Below, piece after piece: positions 1-5,541 of a DNA stretch of 43,088 nt. The stretch is from positions 1-43,088 of the IMG/VR virus record IMGVR_UViG_3300005468_000008; one strand, written 5' to 3'. The notes beneath the pieces were generated by a model, which was not told where the DNA came from, made no database searches, and saw only the letters and a list, made by a program, of their open reading frames with translations. The stretch's first letter is position 1, and every line of letters begins with the position of its first letter. The position numbers were made by a program, and so were the translations under genes. This DNA is from a virus.

Positions 1-110
1 TGTATTCGAATCTACACCCATTTGAGGGGAAACCTTGTCGCCTCCGGCGAGGTTCGTTTCGTTCACTTTGTTAGGGGATTCGTGGGGAATCGGTGATTAT
101 GGCACGCTCT
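1..110. repeat. Terminal redundancy, copy 1 (identical to 42979-43088)
   Basis: Base-for-base identity of the first and last 110 nt of the window. It implies either a circular assembly or a short direct terminal repeat. Confidence 0.97.
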
Positions 111-500
111 TATGCTCTTGATCTTAAATGCTTTACCTTAAAAACACCATGCATCATCCCTGAACTACTCTTACCCTCGTTCTCTCCCTTGGAACTCAAT
201 CGACTCTAAAAGAGAAACAAATCAAAAGCTGGTCTCAGTTCCCGAAAAGCGGTAGTTAGGAAAAGAAATCCCGCCGAGTGCGTAGATCGTGCGAAATTCG
301 GCAATAAAAGATTGAGGCCGTTGCCATCCGGCTCGCAGAGCGGGCTTTCCGGGCGGCCCCCAAATTGTTCCTTGACGATGTAAAGAATACTTGACACGGT
401 GGGAATATACGGAAATGTCGGGAGACTTGCAACCGTTACCCGATTTACCCGATAATCTAGTGATGGGGGTCACGGAAAAGCGGAGGGATAAAGATTTCTC

Positions 501-529
501 TTGACTTCCTTAAAACCGCTCCGTATATT
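501..529 (+). promoter_or_regulatory. Sigma70-type early promoter (rightward)
   Basis: TTGACT (501-506), a 17-nt spacer, then TATATT (524-529). It lies 28 nt upstream of the first rightward ORF (GGAG SD, ATG 557). Confidence 0.55.
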
Positions 530-556
530 TGGTATGTCAAACATTTGGAGACTGAG

Positions 557-700
557 ATGAAAACACAGCTTGAAATCCTTCTCAATCGTCTGCACCGTCC
601 AATGTATCGGGCCAGCCTGAAACTCAATCCCAAAAAGGCGGAAGAGGTGCGACTATTTGTTTTAAGGGTCTACGGGATTGATCTGTCTTTGGAGGTGTAA
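557..700 (+). CDS. Small hypothetical protein (47 aa), first early gene
   Basis: ATG 557 is preceded by GGAG (547-550). The ORF (MKTQLEILLNRLHRPMYRASLKLNPKKAEEVRLFVLRVYGIDLSLEV) runs to TAA at 698-700. It is below the ORF-track size cutoff. Confidence 0.4.
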   Translation: MKTQLEILLNRLHRPMYRASLKLNPKKAEEVRLFVLRVYGIDLSLEV

Positions 701-787
701 ATGATCCTCGCCATGCTCTTAATTTGCTGTCTACTCCCCGCCGTAACATGGGGCTTGTGGACACTCATTCGGATGTTGAGACCGTAA
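701..787 (+). CDS. Small hydrophobic peptide (28 aa, one predicted TM helix)
   Basis: ATG 701 directly abuts the previous stop, with GGAGG at 691-695. Sequence: MILAMLLICCLLPAVTWGLWTLIRMLRP. Confidence 0.35.
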   Translation: MILAMLLICCLLPAVTWGLWTLIRMLRP

Positions 788-806
788 TTCACTATTGGAG
801 ACCGCC

Positions 807-1115
807 ATGACCTACACCGAAGCAAAAGAAGCAATCGAATCATCAGACCGGGCAACCCTGGAGTCGGCCCTTGCTGAGTTTGACGAGGAAATTGTACTTG
901 CCGCGATAGCTTGCTCCATCAATCTCTCCGATATTGGAGAGGCGTACCAAGGTAGACACGCATCCGACGAGGATTTCGCCCAACAGCTATGTGAGGACGT
1001 CGGAGAGATCCCAAAAGATTTCCCGGCGTACATCCGTATTGACTGGGAAAGAACGGCGAGGAATATAATGATGGATTATTCGGAAGATAACGGACATTAT
1101 TTTCGCAACCTTTAG
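807..1115 (+). CDS. ardA: ArdA-like antirestriction protein (short form)
   Basis: The ORF-track entry is 795..1115; ATG 807 has better GGAG spacing. The acidic C-terminal half DEDFAQQLCEDVGEIPKDFPAYIRIDWERTARNIMMDYSEDNGHYFRNL follows the ArdA C-terminal pattern (IP..L..YID....ARDL...DY...G.YF). At about 103 aa it is shorter than canonical ArdA. Confidence 0.6.
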   Translation: MTYTEAKEAIESSDRATLESALAEFDEEIVLAAIACSINLSDIGEAYQGRHASDEDFAQQLCEDVGEIPKDFPAYIRIDWERTARNIMMDYSEDNGHYFRNL

Positions 1116-1124
1116 GGTGACGAA

Positions 1125-1442
1125 ATGACAAACAATACCAAACAACAGCACACGGCGGGAAAGTGGCGGGTCGGTAACCGTCTACCGGAAGATAACACGC
1201 TGGAAGTCTGTGGTGAGAGTCTAAAGGAATCTCCGTTAGCGTATATTTCGCCGCGCCCGCATTACGACGATACGCAGGTCGCCAACGCCCGCCTGATCGC
1301 CGCCGCGCCGGAGATGTTGGAGGTGTTGAGGAATCTCGTGGATTGCTCAACAGAAAATCCGGGAGACTTCAACCCACGGTTTGACCCGTTTTTATCGAAC
1401 GCCCACGCCATCCTCGCCAAGATCGAGAAGGGGGGAGAGTGA
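1125..1442 (+). CDS. Hypothetical protein with ANARLIAAAPEMLE motif
   Basis: 105-aa ORF. It contains the ANARLIAAAPEMLEVL motif that recurs in many small phage and bacterial hypothetical proteins. Function unknown. Confidence 0.7.
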   Translation: MTNNTKQQHTAGKWRVGNRLPEDNTLEVCGESLKESPLAYISPRPHYDDTQVANARLIAAAPEMLEVLRNLVDCSTENPGDFNPRFDPFLSNAHAILAKIEKGGE

Positions 1443-1621
1443 TGACCTGGATCGGGATAGTCGTTCTGATCTGTGTGGTTCTATTCGTCCGCCTTGCTCG
1501 GAATGGTGGTGGGGGGGAGGTGGGGAGGCGGATAAGAAACTCGGATCACTTCGCTTGGGAGTGCGCCATCCAGGAACAAGAGGAAAAACTGCGTGAACTC
1601 CGGGAGGCTGAGCCTAAATGA
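1439..1621 (+). CDS. Small membrane protein (N-terminal TM helix)
   Basis: ATGA overlap with the upstream stop. The hydrophobic N-terminus WIGIVVLICVVLFV is followed by a charged tail. Confidence 0.6.
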   Translation: MMTWIGIVVLICVVLFVRLARNGGGGEVGRRIRNSDHFAWECAIQEQEEKLRELREAEPK

Positions 1622-1911
1622 ACGCCAACATTCGCATATACGATAACGGCGGTAAAACGTTCGACCGCTACACGGTCGTCTACATGGACGAACCAGACTT
1701 CGGTGGTGGATACGAGGGGTGCTACGCTTGCGTGGGAATGTCAGAGCATCCCTTTGACCCTCAGGGGTTCAGTCAACACTCGACCGCTCGGCCCGGCCGA
1801 CACCTAGGCTGGAGAATCAAGTGGGAGGACTTGCCGGAGGATTGCCAGAAGCTAGTCCGGCGCGATCTTGCGGTAGACGTTCAGGACATTGAATCAATCA
1901 CCAGACTCTAA
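1618..1911 (+). CDS. Hypothetical protein
   Basis: 97-aa ORF with an ATGA overlap with the upstream gene. The N-terminal IRIYDNGGKTFDRYTVVY motif is typical of a conserved phage hypothetical family. Confidence 0.7.
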   Translation: MNANIRIYDNGGKTFDRYTVVYMDEPDFGGGYEGCYACVGMSEHPFDPQGFSQHSTARPGRHLGWRIKWEDLPEDCQKLVRRDLAVDVQDIESITRL

Positions 1912-1923
1912 GGAAAACACGCA

Positions 1924-2106
1924 ATGAAACACCCCTCCCTCCTCGTGTTGATCGGCTTCACTCCCTGGGTCGCCGTGCTACTCGCCGCTCAACTCGCCCG
2001 GACATACTACGGCCTACCCTGGGGTGACATTGTGCAAAGTAGTGGGCTTCTAATCGCTGTTGCGGTAACACTTTACAGCGCATTTCGATATATCGTTAAC
2101 AAATAA
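1924..2106 (+). CDS. Small membrane protein (2 predicted TM helices)
   Basis: 60-aa ORF with hydrophobic segments LLVLIGFTPWVAVLLAA and LLIAVAVTLYSAF. Confidence 0.6.
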   Translation: MKHPSLLVLIGFTPWVAVLLAAQLARTYYGLPWGDIVQSSGLLIAVAVTLYSAFRYIVNK

Positions 2107-2118
2107 ACCGAGGGAAAC

Positions 2119-2319
2119 ATGGAAACTGTCATTGTGAGTAAATCTTTCTACGAGGCCGTACAGAAGCTAGCTGATGCGGCTGATGATGCAATTGACTACC
2201 TCGGCAATGAAGACCACTTGGGGTTAGAGGCGGTACGCCGGGAAGTCAGGGAAACTTTAACCGTCGTCCTAGATGAATTTGAAGAGATGGAACGACTGAA
2301 AATCGCCGGACTTCTGTAA
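2119..2319 (+). CDS. Small acidic hypothetical protein
   Basis: 66-aa ORF, with GAGGGA upstream of the ATG. It is acidic and looks helical. Confidence 0.6.
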   Translation: METVIVSKSFYEAVQKLADAADDAIDYLGNEDHLGLEAVRREVRETLTVVLDEFEEMERLKIAGLL

Positions 2320-2341
2320 ACAATTTCAAACGAGGGAACAA

Positions 2342-2911
2342 ATGACATTTAAACAGTTACAAGAAAAGATCGGCAAACAGAAACGCGCCGACTGGAAACA
2401 GCATCCCAACGGGAAGGGGTGGGTGAACAAGGCGGCAACCGTAGACGCTTCGGTGTTTATTGGAGACAGTGCAATCGTGTGGGCTGGTACGGTCTCGGGC
2501 GATGCGCAGGTCTACGGCAATGCGCAGGTCTACGGCAATGCGTGGGTCTACGGCTATGCGCGGGTCTACGGCAATGCGCAGGTCTACGGCTATGCGCGGG
2601 TCTACGGCAATGCGCAGGTCTACGGCAATGCGTGGGTCTACGGCAATGCGCAGGTCTACGGCAATGCGCAGGTCTACGGCAATGCGTGGGTCTACGGCAA
2701 TGCGTGGGAGAAATCCCCGCTCTACATCCAGGGTTCGCGTCATCCCCTCACAAACGCCAAACACGGCCACATACAAATTGGATGCCACCTCGGGACGTTC
2801 GCGTGGTGGGCTGAGAACTACAAACAGGTAGGCAAAGAGGCCGGGTACACCCCCGACGAAATCGAGGAATACGCCGAATACATCAAATTATTCAAGAAAG
2901 TAGGGCGATAG
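2342..2911 (+). CDS. Hexapeptide-repeat (left-handed beta-helix-like) protein
   Basis: 189 aa. The centre is 12 copies of G-[NYD]-A-[QWR]-V-Y. These are flanked by looser hexapeptide-like turns and by a C-terminal domain (SPLYIQGSRHPLTNAKHGHIQIGCH...). Confidence 0.8.
   Translation: MTFKQLQEKIGKQKRADWKQHPNGKGWVNKAATVDASVFIGDSAIVWAGTVSGDAQVYGNAQVYGNAWVYGYARVYGNAQVYGYARVYGNAQVYGNAWVYGNAQVYGNAQVYGNAWVYGNAWEKSPLYIQGSRHPLTNAKHGHIQIGCHLGTFAWWAENYKQVGKEAGYTPDEIEEYAEYIKLFKKVGR
2498..2713 (+). repeat. Tandem repeat, 12 x 18 bp (GGCAATGCGCAGGTCTAC)
   Basis: Units were read directly from the sequence. Only nucleotide 4 and nucleotides 10-11 of the unit vary, except in the last unit. Confidence 0.95.
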
Positions 2912-2913
2912 CC

Positions 2914-3954
2914 ATGTGTAAATTCTTAAGCGCAATCGTAAAACGTGACGGCGAGGTATTGTACCGTCCCGAAACAGACTCCCACGAGAACCTCGTGGAC
3001 TACTTTGGCTTGTCGGACTCGGGGGTGGATAACTTTGTGAGGGTGGAGTTTACATCGGACACCCCCGACAAACCGGATACCTATAAACTCCGGGTGGACG
3101 AGACAAAAACGCCCGCCTGGTTTGAGGAATATCGGGAGAAATCAATATCATATCTGCGTGACAAGATCAAGTCTATAATCGTCACGGGTGAGCGCAAAAT
3201 CCTGATGGGTGGGTGTTGGATATTGTCGGAGGCAAAGGTTGGGCGACTCTTGGCGACGAGGGTGATCTGGATGAAGAACTCTCAGGTCAACGAGATGCGG
3301 GAGAACTCTCGGGTCAACGTGATGTGGGAGAACTCTCAGGTCAACGCGATGCGGGAGAACTCTCAGGTCAACGCGATGCGGGGGAACTCTCGGGTCAACG
3401 TGATGTGGGAGAACTCTCGGGTCAACGTGATGTGGGAGAACTCTCAGGTCAACGAGATGCGGGAGAACTCTCGGGTCAACGTGATGTGGGAGAACTCTCA
3501 GGTCAACGTGATGTGGGAGAACTCTCAGGTCAACGCGATGCGGGGGAACTCTCAGGTCAACGAGATGCGGGGGAACTCTCAGGTCAACGAGATGTGGAAG
3601 AACTCTCAGGTCAACGAGATGCGGGAGAACTCTCGGGTCAACGTGATGCGGGAGAACTCTCAGGTCAACGCGATGCGGGGGAACTCTCAGGTCAACGTGA
3701 TGTGGGAGAACTCTCAGGTCAACGAGATGTGGAAGAACTCTCAGGTCAACGAGATGCGGGAGAACTCTCGGGTCAACGTGATGCGGGAGAACTCTCAGGT
3801 CAACGTGATGTGGGAGAACTCTTGGGTCAACGTGATGCGGGGGAACTCTCAGGTCAACGTGATGTGGGAGAACTCTTGGGTCAACGTGATGTTGGAGAAC
3901 TCCAAATCTCCCAACCCGCCCAAACAAGACTTCCGCGAAAAGGCTTCCCAATGA
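2914..3954 (+). CDS. Nonapeptide-repeat (predicted beta-solenoid) protein
   Basis: 346 aa. A non-repetitive N-terminal domain of about 120 aa is followed by 23 copies of [EGK]-N-S-[QRW]-V-N-[VAE]-M-[WRL]. The start follows the upstream stop by 2 nt, and the stop overlaps the next ATG (ATGA). Confidence 0.75.
   Translation: MCKFLSAIVKRDGEVLYRPETDSHENLVDYFGLSDSGVDNFVRVEFTSDTPDKPDTYKLRVDETKTPAWFEEYREKSISYLRDKIKSIIVTGERKILMGGCWILSEAKVGRLLATRVIWMKNSQVNEMRENSRVNVMWENSQVNAMRENSQVNAMRGNSRVNVMWENSRVNVMWENSQVNEMRENSRVNVMWENSQVNVMWENSQVNAMRGNSQVNEMRGNSQVNEMWKNSQVNEMRENSRVNVMRENSQVNAMRGNSQVNVMWENSQVNEMWKNSQVNEMRENSRVNVMRENSQVNVMWENSWVNVMRGNSQVNVMWENSWVNVMLENSKSPNPPKQDFREKASQ
3274..3894 (+). repeat. Tandem repeat, 23 x 27 bp (GAGAACTCTCAGGTCAACGTGATGTGG)
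   Basis: All 23 units were read out. 20 of 27 positions are invariant; variation is restricted to unit positions 1, 2, 10, 11, 20, 25 and 26. Confidence 0.95.
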
Positions 3955-4220
3955 CCGAGTTTACCAACATTTCACTCTACCCCCCCTCCATCCAAACGGG
4001 GAAAACGCAACACCCGGTCGTAATCGCCTGTATTGGGTGTCACGACGATTCCTTGGGGCTGACAGATGGCCCGGCTGAATCGGTGAGGCTCAACCTGTAC
4101 CGGAGTACTGCGTACCACTTGTGCCCAAAGTGTATCACGCCGGGACAGGCGGCCAGGAGGGATAAGGGGGTGACGGACTATCACCATCATAAATCGGCAG
4201 GGAAGAAGGTGGGGGGTTGA
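3951..4220 (+). CDS. Small zinc-ribbon protein (CxxC...CxxC)
   Basis: ATG 3951 overlaps the upstream stop (ATGA). Sequence begins MTEFTNISLYPP and carries CIGC and CPKC pairs. It shares a frame with the alternative repeat-frame ORF 3213..4220. Confidence 0.55.
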   Translation: MTEFTNISLYPPSIQTGKTQHPVVIACIGCHDDSLGLTDGPAESVRLNLYRSTAYHLCPKCITPGQAARRDKGVTDYHHHKSAGKKVGG

Positions 4221-4245
4221 CATTCACCGGAGAATTGATTATATT
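4217..4245 (+). promoter_or_regulatory. Near-consensus sigma70 promoter with no downstream ORF
   Basis: TTGACA (4217-4222), a 17-nt spacer, then TATATT (4240-4245). Downstream there are only 6- and 11-codon ATG ORFs before a hairpin at 4455-4473. Confidence 0.6.
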
Positions 4246-4251
4246 GTCCTC

Positions 4252-4473
4252 CTGCACTGGCCACGCAGACTTTTTCCCTCATTCACCGAACCTTCCCCGT
4301 GGCCGGAGCAGAGTTCTATCGGTGGGTGGGGGAAATTTTGTTTCTACCGCGTTGCCTGGGGGTGGCCCCAAAACTTCCGCCGTAAATGGTGGTTGGGTCG
4401 AGTAGAGAGGCCTCGATGATCGCGCCGGTCGAGAAAAGCGTCCAGTTCTAAAAACCCCCCTGTTGAAAGGGGG
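4252..4473 (+). ncRNA. Candidate non-coding transcript 1 (class unknown)
   Basis: Bounded by the promoter at 4217-4245 and the CCCCC/GGGGG hairpin at 4455-4473. It contains the helices 4259-4265/4298-4304 (GGCCACG/CGTGGCC) and 4357-4370 (TGGGG-GTGG-CCCCA). No credible ORF. Confidence 0.3.
4455..4473 (+). terminator. GC hairpin (possible terminator of transcript 1)
   Basis: CCCCCC-TGTTGAAA-GGGGG. There is no immediate U-tract, so intrinsic-terminator status is uncertain. Confidence 0.3.
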
Positions 4474-4706
4474 TGGGGGGATAGTAAAATGACGTTTTTG
4501 CTCTAGGCTTTCCGGGCTGGGCGACCCTTCGGGTGTGACGCTTACTCGCCGTCGCTCGTAAGCGGATGAGAGTGTGAATGTCAGTCGGGAGAAATCAAAG
4601 TCGGTCGAACTTCGGCCAGCACACCTATAAAAACCGCTCTTGATCTTGAATAACTAGAGCGGGTGAAAATGCTTTTCGAATCAAACTGGGGATCGCGGCG
4701 GGAACG

Positions 4707-5099
4707 ATGGGAAGAGGTAAGGCGAGAAAGTTCGGAGAGGGGTATTACAAGGGGGTTTGGTCAAGGCGAAATAAAGACTACGGGTTCGTGTACGTTTTCG
4801 ACCTCGGCTTTGATACCCTTTACAAAATAGGATGCTCAAAAAGCTGGGAGAAACGACTCAGGCATCTCCGTGCGGGGAACCCAAACATGGGATTGGTTGC
4901 ACTCTGGAGGGTGGGGCATATGAAGCGAGACGAAGAAAAAATCCATCTTGTGATGTCGCACCGGTGGGTCGAACGAGAAATCTTTAGGTTGCGGGGGGAT
5001 GATATCTTATTATTAAAACAGTTCTTTCAGGATCACCCAGTCGATGACTTCCGCGACGATAATTGGAAAGTCCTTCGCAGACTCGCAGGTATCGAATGA
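4707..5099 (+). CDS. T5orf172 / MUG113-type (GIY-YIG-like) domain protein
   Basis: 130 aa. YGFVYVFD...LYKIGCSKSWEKRLRHLRAGNP...EEKIHLVMSHRWVEREIFRL matches the T5orf172 domain pattern (G.vYv...-KIG.S....RL..L...-P...E..iH......-E.F.L). Confidence 0.75.
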   Translation: MGRGKARKFGEGYYKGVWSRRNKDYGFVYVFDLGFDTLYKIGCSKSWEKRLRHLRAGNPNMGLVALWRVGHMKRDEEKIHLVMSHRWVEREIFRLRGDDILLLKQFFQDHPVDDFRDDNWKVLRRLAGIE

Positions 5100-5138
5100 G
5101 TCTGCTTCATGATTTACCCATTTATCTATCCCCCGCAC

Positions 5139-5167
5139 TTGACTCTGAGTTTCCCTTTGTGTATAGT
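5139..5167 (+). promoter_or_regulatory. Sigma70-type promoter driving a non-coding leader or RNA
   Basis: TTGACT (5139-5144), a 17-nt spacer, then TATAGT (5162-5167). The spacer shares TGAGTTTCCC with the promoter at 5513. Confidence 0.5.
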
Positions 5168-5173
5168 GAAACA

Positions 5174-5507
5174 CGGTGGCGCAAAGAGGGAGGTCTCGTG
5201 AGAACGAGTGATGGGTGGGTCAGCCGGATAAGGAATCCATCCCAAAGGGCCGCCCCACACCGAACGCCGAGTGACCCATGCGCCACCGTTAATTTATACA
5301 CAGTCACCCCACGATCAACCAGGATAAACGATGTCAGCCTCCCCCTATAAGACGTTAGCCCTCCAACCAAGGTTCGGCCACCCGGAGAACTCGGTGGTGA
5401 AGATTCTCGATTTCCCCGATCCTGAAAGTTGGATGGACTTCGTGGAGGCAATAAATATCTTGGGGGGCGGGAACCGGCGGGGGTTAAGATGAAAATAAAT
5501 CCCGCCG
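5174..5507 (+). ncRNA. Candidate structured RNA 2 (long leader or stand-alone ncRNA, class unknown)
   Basis: Perfect 11-bp long-range helix 5173-5183/5279-5289. GNRA-capped hairpin 5195-5208 (CTCGT-GAGA-ACGAG). Helix 5217-5222/5272-5277. Hairpin 5378-5397. Two mutually exclusive 7-bp pairings of 5500-5507 with 5466-5472 or 5475-5481. All overlapping ORFs look non-coding. Confidence 0.35.
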
Positions 5508-5512
5508 TCCTC

Positions 5513-5541
5513 TTGACATTGAGTTTCCCGCTTCGTACCAT
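5513..5541 (+). promoter_or_regulatory. Sigma70-type promoter immediately upstream of the lipoprotein gene (leaderless geometry)
   Basis: TTGACA (5513-5518), a 17-nt spacer, then TACCAT (5536-5541). ATG 5547 begins 5 nt after the -10 hexamer, and there is no SD. Confidence 0.4.

Noticed and set aside
1-30. tRNA-like TTCGAATC element near the window start (also at 42983)
   Set aside because: Only a 4-bp stem with an 8-nt loop, with no acceptor, D or anticodon arms nearby. No other GGTTCGAATCC-type T-arm with a matching cloverleaf was seen anywhere, so no tRNA is reported.
206-473. Minus-strand ORFs 206-397 and 222-473 in the control region
   Set aside because: They overlap each other in different frames, have no SD and have implausible composition. 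The region is more consistent with regulatory DNA.
2498-3894. Diversity-generating retroelement (DGR) as the source of the position-restricted repeat variation. Several variable nucleotides are A/G or A/T/C, reminiscent of adenine mutagenesis.
   Set aside because: No reverse transcriptase ORF (no YxDD-type motif in any frame I read), no separate template/variable repeat pair and no accessory gene. Two variable positions are C/T, which adenine-specific mutagenesis would not produce.
2498-3894. CRISPR array
   Set aside because: The units are head-to-tail with no spacers, have periods of 18 and 27 bp, and lie in frame inside protein-coding genes. No cas genes are present.
2357-3951. Alternative-frame and antisense ORFs across the repeat arrays (2357-2788 minus, 2419-2814 plus, 2460-2831 plus, 3148-3951 minus)
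   Set aside because: They exist only because the repeat unit lacks stops in those frames. They have no non-repeat domains, no SD and no start/stop coupling, unlike the chosen frames.
4217-4405. ORF 4217-4405 (62 aa) as a protein gene
   Set aside because: Its start codon lies inside the -35 box of the promoter that would have to transcribe it. Its composition is poor and it has no SD.
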